A stretch of DNA of 64,000 nucleotides from an uncultured Pseudomonadota bacterium (GTDB taxonomy: Bacteria; Pseudomonadota; Alphaproteobacteria; Rs-D84), in contig CADAFS010000004.1 in NCBI GenBank assembly GCA_902787305.1, positions 5,582-69,581 on the forward strand, in the 5' to 3' direction. This document shows, piece by piece, positions 1 to 10,201 of this stretch (within the stretch, counting starts at the first letter, position 1; every line of letters begins with the position of its first letter). The notes under the pieces are model-generated. The model saw nothing but the letters and a program-made list of their open reading frames with translations. It had not been told where the DNA came from and made no database searches. Position numbers and translations under genes: made by a program.

Positions 1-24
1 TGATAAAACATATAGCGGTTTCAT
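1..24 (-). CDS. 5' end (8 codons) of an unidentified gene running off the left edge
   Basis: ATG at 24-22 on the minus strand, preceded by AGGAG (complement of 30-34) with a 5-nt spacer. The rest of the gene lies outside the window. Confidence 0.3.
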
Positions 25-83
25 TTTTTCTCCTTTTTTATAGCATTATAATTTTATTATAAATTGCGGTGTTTGACAACATT

Positions 84-761
84 TTATTCCCCCAACTTTG
101 CCATGAATTCGTCGTGGATTTTTTGTTCGGCATCTGGCACTGGGAATTGACGGTATGGAAAATTCGCACCAATTTTTGGGTGTTTCAAAAATGCCTCGTG
201 CTGTTTCGCGACAATTTCCGAAATTTCCGGCGCGGGCGCGGTGTTTTCAAGTTCCAAATAAACCTTGGCCAAAATTTCAGAGTCAATCAATGCCCCGTGC
301 GCATCGGCACGCGCGGTCAGTGATATTCCAAACCATTTTGCAAGTGCGTCCAGTGTATAACTTTTTGGCCCAAACACACGATTGCGCGCGATGACCAATG
401 TGTCCGCCATTTGCGAACGCGGAATCGGCGGCAAGTGCAACATTTCCAATTCGTGATTCACAAACGGAAAGTCAAAGTCCAATCCGTTATGCGCGACAAT
501 TGTTGAATCGCCAATAAATTCCAAGAACTTTGGCGCGACGACGGACATTTTCGGTTTGTCATCCAAAAACGCGTTTGAAATTTTATGAACCATATATGTT
601 TCCGGTGGAATAATTTTACCTTCGGGATTTATGTATTCGTGAAAAGTTTTATCGGTGATTTTTCCGTCTACGATTTCCACCGCGCCGATTTCGATGCAAC
701 GGTCGCCGCGCAAGTATTCGAATCCGGTCGTTTCAATATCAAAACAAATTACCCTTGCCAT
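84..761 (-). CDS. dnaQ: DNA polymerase III epsilon-type 3'-5' exonuclease
   Basis: 225-aa ORF with Exo I FDIETTG, Exo II HNGLDFDFPF and Exo III HGALIDSEILAKVY motifs. Confidence 0.85.
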   Translation of the reverse strand: MARVICFDIETTGFEYLRGDRCIEIGAVEIVDGKITDKTFHEYINPEGKIIPPETYMVHKISNAFLDDKPKMSVVAPKFLEFIGDSTIVAHNGLDFDFPFVNHELEMLHLPPIPRSQMADTLVIARNRVFGPKSYTLDALAKWFGISLTARADAHGALIDSEILAKVYLELENTAPAPEISEIVAKQHEAFLKHPKIGANFPYRQFPVPDAEQKIHDEFMAKLGE

Positions 762-807
762 AATTCCACCATAGTTTTATTATCCATAGGCCAATTATAA
801 TAAAACA

Positions 808-2889
808 ATGAATGTAAATCTAGAAAATCTTAACCCCGAACAAAAGAAAGCGGTCGAAACGACCGAAGGGCCGGTTTTGGTGCTGTCTGGGGCGGGCACG
901 GGAAAAACGCGCGTGCTGGTTATGCGGGTTGCGCACATATTAAATATGAATTTGGCGTTGCCGTGGCAAATTTTGGCGCTGACCTTTACGAACAAGGCCG
1001 CAAACGAAATGAAAAATCGCATCGCGGAAATTTTGAACGCGGGCGGCGGCAATTTTTATGCGCGCGATTTATGGTGCGGAACATTTCATTCAATATGTCT
1101 GCGTATTTTGCGGGCGAACGCCGCACGTGCGGGGTTAAGGCCGGATTTTATAATCTTTGGCGAAGATGACCAAAAGGCGGTTTTGAAAAACGTCTTTGCC
1201 GCGATGGGCGCGGACGCCAAGGAATACGATGCCGGCGATTGGGTCGAAAAAATTTCAAATATCAAAGACCGCGGAAATATCGAAAGTCCCGACATCGGTG
1301 CGCGCACGAAAAAAATCCTAAGTGATTACAATGCGGAATTGCGGCGCCAAGGTGCGGTCGATTTCGGCGATATTATTTTGCTGGTGCTGAAACTGTTTGA
1401 ATCTGCGCCGGATGTGCGCGAAAAATACGCGCGGCAATTCAAATACATTATGGTCGATGAATTCCAAGATACAAATAATGCGCAAATGCAGTTTATAAAA
1501 TTGCTAACGCGTGATGTGGAAAAACCTAATGTGTGTTGCGTGGGCGATGATGACCAATCGATTTATTCTTGGCGCGGGGCGGAAATAAAAAACATTTTGG
1601 AATTTGAAAAAAATTTCCCGGGCGCGCAAATCATACGCCTTGAAACAAATTACCGCAGTACCGGAAACATACTGGGGGCGGCGAATTCGTTGATACGGCA
1701 TAACAACGGGCGATTGGGCAAAGACCTGCGCCCGGCGGATGAAAAAAGTGTTGGTGAACCGGTCTATGTCCTAACGGTGCCATCAAATTATGACGAAGCA
1801 AAACTTATTGCCGACACAATTTTGCGGTATGCGAATGGCAATTATTCGAATTTTGCGGTTTTGATTCGCACGGGTTCGCTTTCGCGCGGATTCGAAGAAG
1901 AATTCGCAAATGCGCGTATTCCGTATCGGTTGATTGGAACAACCAAGTTCTATGACCGTATGGAAATTCGCGATGTTATCGCATATGTGCGTTTGTTGGT
2001 TCATGCGGAAGATGATGTTTCGTTCGCCCGCGTGATTGCGCGCCCGCGCCGCGGATTTGGTCCAACGGCGATTGCAAAAATGCGCGCGGCGGGCGGTTCA
2101 TTGATGGCCGGATTGCGCGCGGCAAATTTTGGGGGCAAGCAAGGAATCGCCGCCAATGAATTTTTATCTGTGTTTGATTTTGAATGGCAATCTATGCGGC
2201 CGGCGGACGCGGTGAAAAAATTACTTGAAGATGCAAAATATATGCAATACTGGCGCGAATCCAAAGACCCCGACGCCGAAGAAAGAATTTCAAACATTCG
2301 TGATTTAATTACAAATGTTATTTCAACATACGACAGTTTGCCGGATTTCTTGGAACACGCGGCATTGATGACAACCGATGATAACGATAATGAAATCGCC
2401 GATAATACCCAGGCGGTAAATATAATGACGATTCACGCCGCCAAAGGTTTGGAATTTGATACGGTGTTTTTGCCCGCATGGGAAGATGGAATTTTCCCAA
2501 ATGATAAATCAATCAAAGAAGGCGGAATGGAGGAAGAACGCCGCCTGGCCTATGTCGCGTTAACGCGGGCGCGGCGGCGTGCGATTATCACAAACACCAT
2601 GTCGCGTGTTATTTTCGGTGCGCGTCAATACTATTCGCCGGCGCGATTCATAACCGAAATGGATAATCGATATTTGGACTTTGGCGGACGCACGCCGCGC
2701 TATGAAACGCCGGCGCGGACAATGCAACCGAAAACGCATACGGTTAAAAGTATTGTTGGAAAATTGGTTGAACACGGCGAACTTGGGCGTGGTGTTGTTA
2801 TCGAATCAAACGGCGGAATTTTGACGGTTGCATTTAATCGCACAGGAATTAAAAAAGTTGCCGAAAGTTTTGTAAAAATTATCGATTAA
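808..2889 (+). CDS. UvrD/Rep/PcrA-family ATP-dependent DNA helicase
   Basis: 693-aa ORF with Walker A GAGTGKT, DEFQDT, TIHAAKGLEFD and YVALTRA helicase motifs. Confidence 0.9.
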   Translation: MNVNLENLNPEQKKAVETTEGPVLVLSGAGTGKTRVLVMRVAHILNMNLALPWQILALTFTNKAANEMKNRIAEILNAGGGNFYARDLWCGTFHSICLRILRANAARAGLRPDFIIFGEDDQKAVLKNVFAAMGADAKEYDAGDWVEKISNIKDRGNIESPDIGARTKKILSDYNAELRRQGAVDFGDIILLVLKLFESAPDVREKYARQFKYIMVDEFQDTNNAQMQFIKLLTRDVEKPNVCCVGDDDQSIYSWRGAEIKNILEFEKNFPGAQIIRLETNYRSTGNILGAANSLIRHNNGRLGKDLRPADEKSVGEPVYVLTVPSNYDEAKLIADTILRYANGNYSNFAVLIRTGSLSRGFEEEFANARIPYRLIGTTKFYDRMEIRDVIAYVRLLVHAEDDVSFARVIARPRRGFGPTAIAKMRAAGGSLMAGLRAANFGGKQGIAANEFLSVFDFEWQSMRPADAVKKLLEDAKYMQYWRESKDPDAEERISNIRDLITNVISTYDSLPDFLEHAALMTTDDNDNEIADNTQAVNIMTIHAAKGLEFDTVFLPAWEDGIFPNDKSIKEGGMEEERRLAYVALTRARRRAIITNTMSRVIFGARQYYSPARFITEMDNRYLDFGGRTPRYETPARTMQPKTHTVKSIVGKLVEHGELGRGVVIESNGGILTVAFNRTGIKKVAESFVKIID

Positions 2890-2894
2890 ATTTT

Positions 2895-4175
2895 TTATTT
2901 CTTTAACGCCTTGATAAATTCTTCGGCCTTTTTCTTGGTGTCGTTATACAGCGTTTTCAAATCTTTTTGCAGGTTTGTCCCGATTCCCGCATCAATTCCA
3001 CCACCAATTGATTTTGCAATTTCATCCGCATGCGTTGCGATATACGCAACCAACGCACCGGTCATAAGTAATGTGATAACATTGCCGTCCAATATAGAAA
3101 TAATATGCGTTTGCGTGTTTAATTGAACCGCACCACCAAGCAACGCGCCACCAATCGAAACAACAATCGCAAGTGCGACAAAATAAATCGCCGCATCAAT
3201 GAACTTTTTAACCTGGGACGAAAGACTCGATGTTTTGAATATGCCAAGGAACCCATTATATATATCGCCGGCGATACCTTTATACGATGTCTTTTGAACC
3301 GTTTCCGCAATCGCCGTAAATGGCAACAGTATGATAACAAGGAATAAATCCGCAATCACACCAAACGCAACAAATGCAAACTTAAATGCGGTATATATGA
3401 ACAAGACAACAAACACCAATCCCATTAAAAATGTAAATGTGCTGGTCCCCAATCCCGCGCCCATCATTTTCCAACCGAACTTTATCGCACCATAATAAAA
3501 CCCGGACATCCGCGTTGGCACACACATAATATCTGCGGCGGTTTTTGCATCAACAATCGATGTGTCTGTCATATGTGCCGCGGCATAATTTTGAATTGCG
3601 GCGCATGTGTCAGAAAGTTCAAAATTACCAATTTTCGCAACCGTATCCAAAATCAGATTCGCAACATACGAACCAAACGCAACAATTGGCCCCATAATCA
3701 TTCCAAACAATCGTGGCAATCCGATTCCCAAAATTATCAACCATATCGCAAGTGTGATACCTTTTTTTATTATATCTTCGACCGTTGGCATCGCTTTGAC
3801 TTTGGAATCTTTAATCATCCGGTACGCTTCGAACATAACCCAAAAAATGAAAGCAACAATTAAAAATATATTCACAAACCGTACCAACGAATCATCCAAA
3901 ATATGTGCCGTGTATGTCAATGCACTCATAAAAGATATCCCAAGTTTTGCCTCTATCGGAACACCGGTTTCAACATATTCGCGTTCGAATCCTGACTCAA
4001 AACCATCCAAATCATTTTGCACGGTTTGAATAAGTTCTTCGCGATTGTGTTCGGTTGTCCATGCACCGAAATCGCCAATGTCGCCGGTCACCAAATTAGA
4101 TTCCGCCGCCACCGCCACACCGCAAAAAGCGATACAAACAACAAACAATAAAAATTTTTTAATTATGTTTTTCAT
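2895..4175 (-). CDS. virB6: VirB6/TrbL-like polytopic membrane protein, paralogue 1
   Basis: Signal peptide, several long hydrophobic helices and the segment LLPFTAIAETVQKTSYKG, which resembles the TrbL/VirB6 core. ATGA overlap with the upstream paralogue. Family call is from pattern recall only. Confidence 0.55.
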   Translation of the reverse strand: MKNIIKKFLLFVVCIAFCGVAVAAESNLVTGDIGDFGAWTTEHNREELIQTVQNDLDGFESGFEREYVETGVPIEAKLGISFMSALTYTAHILDDSLVRFVNIFLIVAFIFWVMFEAYRMIKDSKVKAMPTVEDIIKKGITLAIWLIILGIGLPRLFGMIMGPIVAFGSYVANLILDTVAKIGNFELSDTCAAIQNYAAAHMTDTSIVDAKTAADIMCVPTRMSGFYYGAIKFGWKMMGAGLGTSTFTFLMGLVFVVLFIYTAFKFAFVAFGVIADLFLVIILLPFTAIAETVQKTSYKGIAGDIYNGFLGIFKTSSLSSQVKKFIDAAIYFVALAIVVSIGGALLGGAVQLNTQTHIISILDGNVITLLMTGALVAYIATHADEIAKSIGGGIDAGIGTNLQKDLKTLYNDTKKKAEEFIKALKK

Positions 4176-5629
4176 TTTTCCTTTATCAATTTATCCGCAA
4201 ATTCTTGTGGTTTTTTCCATGTCATTTTGACCAATTTTTTCAAATCTGTGCCAAAATTATCAACACCGCCGCCACTATCATCGGATTTTCCAAACGGTTC
4301 AAAAGACGGCACACTTGCAATAAGTTTATCAACACGTGGCGCCAAAACATAGAAATATATAAATATCAACCCCGCCATTAAAAGCAAAAATCCAAAACCG
4401 TCACGCATAAAATCAAATGCCCCCGGGTATCGTGATTCGATTTGTGCCTGATGCAAATTAAAGCAATTTTTGAATGCGTCTTTATCCACCGTGCCGTTTA
4501 TCGTTGCCGCCGATTCACATGTTGCGAAAACATTTCTTATGGACAACGCGGTGGTATCGGTTGGCATTACTTCACCAACCAACAATGGCGGGAATATCGC
4601 ACTATATTTATCCACCGGCCCGGGGAAAAATTCGTCGGCGGCAAAGAACACCATCGCGTAAACAATTACAACCTTTAATGATATTGCGACGACTTTTATC
4701 GCTGCTTCAATTAAAATGTCCACGGATTTCTTTACAACACCCGATGCCTTTTTCCATGTTTTTTCAAATGCCGCCGCCGCCGCAAGTAATGGTAAAAATA
4801 TCACAAGGAAAACAAGTTTGAATATCACCGACAAAATTTCAAAGAACAAATTGAATCCAATTACAACGAACATAATCACAACCAACAATCCCGCAATCCA
4901 TGTGAACGCGCCACCACCCAATCCCATCCACGCGTAATTCATCAGTGCGAATCCGCCCGCCGCGCCCGCAAGCATGACACTGTTGATATTTCCAACAATA
5001 CACATAAATGAATTTGAAACCGATGACATCGGATTATCAGCACCGATTTCCGCCGGCACGCATTGTGCGGAACTTGATATGCCCGTTGCCGCCATGGACA
5101 GTTCCGTTCCGACATACATCACCGGTTGAATCGTTATGTTTGATAATGCCTTTATTGATGATATACCACCCGTACCAAACGCACCGATAATTGCACCGAC
5201 AATCATAATGCGCACGCCGTTTTTCCAAACATCATCGAACCACGGACCGAACGCAAGTTTCTTTTCGCCCGTGTCCAATTTTGTTGTTTCCATCATCGCC
5301 TTGTAAATATATTTCGCACTGTGTATAAACAGGAAAACACCAAACCCAATCACCATTAAAATCCAAAGGTGCGAAACAATTGCATGCCAAAAAGATTCCG
5401 ACGCATCGCCCAGGACAAAGAACAAATCATTCACATATTTGCAAAGGAAACATCCATTTGTTGACGCAACATTTCCGTCCCCCGCACCAATTGAACGCAG
5501 GAATCCATCCATACTGGTGTACGTCAATGATGCCCCCGATAGCGATGAACTTACATACCAAATGCCAACACCCAACGCGATTGCGCCAAACAAGAAACGA
5601 ACAAGATACCCAAGGAATAATTTTTTCAT
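4172..5629 (-). CDS. virB6: VirB6/TrbL-like polytopic membrane protein, paralogue 2
   Basis: Polytopic protein with N-terminal CFLC motif and the segment FLPLLAAAAAFEKTWKK. Abuts paralogue 3 (stop 5630) and overlaps paralogue 1 by 4 nt. Confidence 0.55.
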   Translation of the reverse strand: MKKLFLGYLVRFLFGAIALGVGIWYVSSSLSGASLTYTSMDGFLRSIGAGDGNVASTNGCFLCKYVNDLFFVLGDASESFWHAIVSHLWILMVIGFGVFLFIHSAKYIYKAMMETTKLDTGEKKLAFGPWFDDVWKNGVRIMIVGAIIGAFGTGGISSIKALSNITIQPVMYVGTELSMAATGISSSAQCVPAEIGADNPMSSVSNSFMCIVGNINSVMLAGAAGGFALMNYAWMGLGGGAFTWIAGLLVVIMFVVIGFNLFFEILSVIFKLVFLVIFLPLLAAAAAFEKTWKKASGVVKKSVDILIEAAIKVVAISLKVVIVYAMVFFAADEFFPGPVDKYSAIFPPLLVGEVMPTDTTALSIRNVFATCESAATINGTVDKDAFKNCFNLHQAQIESRYPGAFDFMRDGFGFLLLMAGLIFIYFYVLAPRVDKLIASVPSFEPFGKSDDSGGGVDNFGTDLKKLVKMTWKKPQEFADKLIKEK

Positions 5630-6847
5630 CTACTTTTTCCCGTCGTCCTTTTTTTCGTCTTTATTTTCGCCACCATTTATAATTTTGTTGCCGACATTTT
5701 TTATTCCATTTGTGACCAATGCAACCAATTTTTCCGCATCATTTGCCATTTGTTCACTTAGTTTATTTTCGCCGTCACTTGCACCAAACGCCCCAAGAAC
5801 CATTTTTGAAACATTTGGAATTTGCTTGTATATATAATTCAAAACATACACCAATATAATTGCACCAATCAATGTAATACTTGCCAAATTTTCTTCCGAT
5901 AAATCAGATGCGAAAACTTCGCCCGATAAAATTGCATTCATCAATTCGTTGGTATCCATACCGGCGTCAGAAAAATATCGTGATATAATCGCAAGGATTA
6001 CCATATATGTTATCACCGCCGATGCAAGTGTTATAATCGCACTAATAAGTTTTTTTAGTTGGTTTGTGCCAAGACCTTTGCCCAATGACGACATCCAATC
6101 CGGCATTTCACCGCCACGAAATGACATCATCATAAGTCCAATCGGAAACAGAAACGCAAACATCGCCATATCTACAATCACATCTACGAAATAAAAACAA
6201 AATTTTATAAACAACTTGAAAAATCCATAGAACAAATAAAGCCCCACAAAAAACATAATAATATGTCGGAATATATCACCAAGGTTATGAATATGTTTCC
6301 ATGAAAATGCGCCGTCCATAACCGCAATCCCAAGTTTCATATAATCTTGAAACATTGTCACGGTTGTTTTCATTATCGATATAATTGTGTTGCGCAGCGC
6401 GGGTCTAAAAAAACCATCATCGTTCATTTTTGTCGGTTGATAATGTACGCGTTCATCGACCGCCGCCGGGGTCGTTTGCAACATCGCCTGGCTGTATATC
6501 AACGTCACATCGGCAACCGGTTCAAAAGTGACACGTGTTATAAAACGTGGGAATCCAACACCAACGCCAAGTAATGTTAGTGCAAACAGTGAATTTATAA
6601 CAACGCGCACAACCGATTTCATATAAAACGGGTCGCCTGTTTCCGGCTTTTTCGGGTTCACATGTTTCCACACCGCCCACACAACAAAGAACACAAACAG
6701 CACCGCAAACAGTATAAAACATATGTCGGCGATTTTATTGTAAACGGCGGCACCCGCATTCGATACAACGCGGAACAGGTTGTCAAACACGGCGCACCCC
6801 CAACACTGCACCGCGGTATCAACAAAACCGTTTAATATCCCGTTCAT
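5630..6847 (-). CDS. virB6: VirB6/TrbL-like polytopic membrane protein, paralogue 3
   Basis: Polytopic protein with N-terminal CWGCAVF motif (compare CWTCEMF in paralogue 5). Translationally coupled within the array. Confidence 0.5.
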   Translation of the reverse strand: MNGILNGFVDTAVQCWGCAVFDNLFRVVSNAGAAVYNKIADICFILFAVLFVFFVVWAVWKHVNPKKPETGDPFYMKSVVRVVINSLFALTLLGVGVGFPRFITRVTFEPVADVTLIYSQAMLQTTPAAVDERVHYQPTKMNDDGFFRPALRNTIISIMKTTVTMFQDYMKLGIAVMDGAFSWKHIHNLGDIFRHIIMFFVGLYLFYGFFKLFIKFCFYFVDVIVDMAMFAFLFPIGLMMMSFRGGEMPDWMSSLGKGLGTNQLKKLISAIITLASAVITYMVILAIISRYFSDAGMDTNELMNAILSGEVFASDLSEENLASITLIGAIILVYVLNYIYKQIPNVSKMVLGAFGASDGENKLSEQMANDAEKLVALVTNGIKNVGNKIINGGENKDEKKDDGKK

Positions 6848-8130
6848 TTTTTAATAAGCCCCAATATCTTTTTTATTGATTCATATGTTCCCTTGGCCTT
6901 TGCCGTTGTCGCGTTAAAATCACCTTTGACCTGTTCGTACATGCCTGTCATGCCCGGCGCATAAACTTCTTCCAACTGCTTTTTCGTCATATCAAATATC
7001 GCATTCATTAAAAAGAACGTAAGTATCGCCGATAGCCAAAGCATGGCGTGCCCACCAAATCCAATCGCACTGTTCGTGACCAAATTACTTGTCGCGGTTC
7101 CGCCCGCCGCAACATTGAATACACTGTTATTCAAACCAAACATCGCATGCACAATCGCAACATTTATAATCATAATAAACGCGCACGCAATCATTGTGAT
7201 AACCAGTTTGCGCAGTGCCGTAATAATTCCATCAAACGCCGGCCAGATATCAAGCCACTTGTCACTTTTCTTTGCAACCCATGCCAAAACATTAAACGGA
7301 TAAAGAATAAGTGCAACGCCAAAATCAAATATACCTTGGATAATTAGCAACGCCATAAACAAATTACATCCAACAAAGGTAAATATCAACAATACGCCCG
7401 TTATCATATCCATTATGTTTTGACCGCCGTGTGAAAATATAGTGAATAACCCACGAATTCCACGCGACACAAATTCAAACCCGCGTTTAACAACCGCATT
7501 ATTCACCGCCGACAAATCAGATATTGGCTGGATTAAAAAGTTGCAACTTTTTTTACTTATCCAATCATTTGATAAAATACTTTCAGGACATTCGATGTTT
7601 TGTTTTTTTACGCCGGTGATATTTGCCTGGTCACTAATCGCCGATGTATAAATTGCACCAAATTCCAAGAACGGATTCACCAACCATTGTGTGACATAAA
7701 TCGGCCTGACCTGCAACAGCAACACCGCGGCAACAATTGCGCGCACACCACTTTTAAGGACCGTTTCAACCATCGTGAAACCTTTAACATTGCCGTCCCA
7801 CATTTCGCCACCACCGGACATTCCGAAAAATTCCAACCACCGTTTTGGAAAATACATTTTGAACGCGTACATAAAAATAGATATCGCCAAAAACGCCCAA
7901 ACAAAAATGTAAATGATTCCGTCACCCGAACCCACAAAGTATTCATAACCGCCACGCGCAACCATCATAAACGCATCCAACACACGTGGCACAAACGGCG
8001 CAAGATTTAATTTATCAACAATTTCCCACTTTGCAAATGCCGCGCCCGGCGTGACAAAGGCCGCAACCAATAACGCCGGCACAATAATCCGCCTTAAAAA
8101 TTTTGCAAAAAGCAAACGATGTAAAAACAT
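6844..8130 (-). CDS. virB6: VirB6/TrbL-like polytopic membrane protein, paralogue 4
   Basis: Start set at the internal ATG 8130 (MFLHRLLFAKFLRR... with signal-like AAFVTPGAAFA), because the longer ORF to 8415 overlaps the divergent paralogue 5. Polytopic; contains the segment LILYPFNVLAWVAKKSDKW. Confidence 0.5.
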   Translation of the reverse strand: MFLHRLLFAKFLRRIIVPALLVAAFVTPGAAFAKWEIVDKLNLAPFVPRVLDAFMMVARGGYEYFVGSGDGIIYIFVWAFLAISIFMYAFKMYFPKRWLEFFGMSGGGEMWDGNVKGFTMVETVLKSGVRAIVAAVLLLQVRPIYVTQWLVNPFLEFGAIYTSAISDQANITGVKKQNIECPESILSNDWISKKSCNFLIQPISDLSAVNNAVVKRGFEFVSRGIRGLFTIFSHGGQNIMDMITGVLLIFTFVGCNLFMALLIIQGIFDFGVALILYPFNVLAWVAKKSDKWLDIWPAFDGIITALRKLVITMIACAFIMIINVAIVHAMFGLNNSVFNVAAGGTATSNLVTNSAIGFGGHAMLWLSAILTFFLMNAIFDMTKKQLEEVYAPGMTGMYEQVKGDFNATTAKAKGTYESIKKILGLIKK

Positions 8131-8194
8131 ACTTCCTACATTTATAATTTGATTTATATCACATCTTGGCAAAATTGTGGTATAATTAAATGAA

Positions 8195-9490
8195 ATGAGC
8201 AAGTTAAAAAAATTTTTTATTGTATTTTTATCGTTCTTTCCATTATCGGCGGGCGCGATATTGCCATGGCTGCTTGCGGCGGGTGCGGCAACGATTGCGG
8301 GATTTTCAATCTGGCGCAGTACGGCACCGGTTGATATGCAAGACGCACTTAGTTTTTTTTCTTCGTGTTGGACATGCGAAATGTTTTCTTCCATCATGGC
8401 GAAACTTTCAAACATTTTGCCACCGATTTATTACGGCATCGGCGAAGTCATAATTCCAATTGCGGCGATGCTTACGGCGGTGTATTTCACATGGACACTT
8501 GCATCAAACTTTATGAACGGCAAGGTTGAAAGTGGTTGGACAACGGCATCGAATTTTGGAACGCATTTAATCCGATTGGCGATAGTAAGTGCGTTGTTGG
8601 TATTTCCGTTACCGCGTTTAATAAGTGGCGTTGTTATCGAACCGATTTTCAATCTTGGTTTATCGGTGAATCATATAATCGGTGACACAGAAAAGTTTTC
8701 CGAATGTATGGTGGCGACGGCGCTTTTGGATGAAAACGCGAATCGCACATCATTGGCAAACGGAAATATGCCGGCGGGGGCGTTCCCGGTAAAATTGCGC
8801 AGTGGCCTGACCTGTGAACTGGCCAATGTGCACCAAGTGACCGGTCTTGGGATGACGGTTGGGTGGACAATGTTGAATATGGCATTCAACGTCGAATATA
8901 TGCATAAAATTATGTGGGATATTCCGGTTTTCCCAAATGTTCCGATATTTTTTGCAGGGCTTCTTGTTTTGGCGTTGTATTTTATGGCACTTTTGCCGAT
9001 ACCGCTTTATTTTCTTGAAATATTCGTGACGCTTGCGCTGGATATGGTTATGTTGCCGCTTATGCTGCTGTCGTGGCTGTTCAAAGGTTGGGATAAAATC
9101 TTTCCAAAGGGCGGGAAAAGTATCCAAGGCATGATAGATGATGTTATAACCGGAACGGTCGGAATCGCCATGACGGTCGTGTTTTTGGTGTTTGGCCTGT
9201 CGTTTTTAGACGCGATTGTGGGACACATTGGGGGAATATCCCGAATCGCGGCGGCAATTTCCAGTGGCGATTCGCAAATTCTTATGGATGGGCTTATGTT
9301 GCGGGACGGGGGGCTGTTGTCCATCATAATGCTTGGGGCGTTTTTTGCGGTGTTTATGACATCGATACCGAATCTGATAAAGACATTATTCAATGTCAAA
9401 ATATCCGATAAATTCTATGTGGCGGCGAAAAAAGATTTCGATTTAACCCGCGCAACACTTGGGAAATGGTGGAAAAACCTAAAAAAATAA
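8195..9490 (+). CDS. virB6: VirB6/TrbL-like polytopic membrane protein, paralogue 5 (divergent)
   Basis: Signal peptide, CWTCEMF motif, multiple TM helices and the segment MLPLMLLSWLFKGWDK. Divergent from paralogue 4 across a 64-bp spacer. Confidence 0.5.
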   Translation: MSKLKKFFIVFLSFFPLSAGAILPWLLAAGAATIAGFSIWRSTAPVDMQDALSFFSSCWTCEMFSSIMAKLSNILPPIYYGIGEVIIPIAAMLTAVYFTWTLASNFMNGKVESGWTTASNFGTHLIRLAIVSALLVFPLPRLISGVVIEPIFNLGLSVNHIIGDTEKFSECMVATALLDENANRTSLANGNMPAGAFPVKLRSGLTCELANVHQVTGLGMTVGWTMLNMAFNVEYMHKIMWDIPVFPNVPIFFAGLLVLALYFMALLPIPLYFLEIFVTLALDMVMLPLMLLSWLFKGWDKIFPKGGKSIQGMIDDVITGTVGIAMTVVFLVFGLSFLDAIVGHIGGISRIAAAISSGDSQILMDGLMLRDGGLLSIIMLGAFFAVFMTSIPNLIKTLFNVKISDKFYVAAKKDFDLTRATLGKWWKNLKK

Positions 9491-9559
9491 AAAAATCAAG
9501 AAATTTATTTTTTTATCCCCCCTTTTTTATTCGCACCGAATCTGATATAATTCTTAGCA

Positions 9560-10075
9560 ATGAGTAGATTTCCGATTCTTTATTGGCCACACAGCACGAA
9601 GTCCGATACCACATATCAGACGGCGCGCAAAGTTATAAATGCGGCAATTGGCGCAATGCCAGAAGTTATCACAGGCGATTTAAATGTCGCCGATATTTTT
9701 GCCACGCACCCCGATGCGGTTATCTATTACCCTGTATTTTGCGGTTCAACCGGTTGGTGGGGCGAATTGCTGGGTGGGGACGCGGCCATAACGGACAAGG
9801 TTATTGTTTCCCCCGAATGCCAATTGATGGTAATTGAAAACGCGCCCGCAACGCATCATGGCCGGCGTGCGGCACACCAACTGTTCGCGGCGGAAATATA
9901 CCCAACAAGCGGATTTTTCAAGAAAATGAGTTCCGAAATCGCAACCGTTGCGGATATGTTGGCGACGGATACGGGAACGATACTTGCGTTGTTTGCCGGG
10001 CACGATAAGAACAAGTTTGTAAATATCCTTGAATCGACCGGAAATTCATATTTGGGCTGTATCGGCCAGTATTAA
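9560..10075 (+). CDS. hypothetical protein
   Basis: 171-aa ORF with no motif I recognise. Confidence 0.4.
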   Translation: MSRFPILYWPHSTKSDTTYQTARKVINAAIGAMPEVITGDLNVADIFATHPDAVIYYPVFCGSTGWWGELLGGDAAITDKVIVSPECQLMVIENAPATHHGRRAAHQLFAAEIYPTSGFFKKMSSEIATVADMLATDTGTILALFAGHDKNKFVNILESTGNSYLGCIGQY

Positions 10076-10082
10076 TATCAAT

Positions 10083-10134
10083 CACTAACCACTTACACTA
10101 ACACTAACCACTTACACTAACACTTCTCACTAAT
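10083..10134. repeat. CACTAAC/CACTTAC heptamer array (copy H1)
   Basis: cactaaccacttacactaacactaaccacttacactaacacttctcactaat. The same motif recurs at 11141, 11378, 31201, 44626, 54945 and 59288. Confidence 0.85.
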
Positions 10135-10201
10135 TCCCTTGCTTTTTCAAAAAAAGGCGGTATAATCCCCTGACAAATAAAAAACAAAAAGGGTAAAAGC
10201 G

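Noticed and set aside
8161-8197. Extended -10 promoter (tgg-tataat at 8178-8186) implying a near-leaderless mRNA for VirB6 paralogue 5
   Set aside because: The -10 box lies only 8 nt from the ATG and there is no good -35. It may be coincidental in AT-rich DNA, so it is not annotated as a feature.
8131-8415. N-terminal 95-codon extension of VirB6-like paralogue 4 (ORF track 6844..8415)
   Set aside because: It overlaps the 5' end of the divergent paralogue 5 by about 220 nt and encodes a non-membrane, low-complexity sequence. The internal ATG at 8130 gives a signal-like N-terminus.
10083-10134. Possible CRISPR array
   Set aside because: The units are 6-7 nt, directly abutting and degenerate. 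There are no repeat-spacer periodicity and no cas genes.
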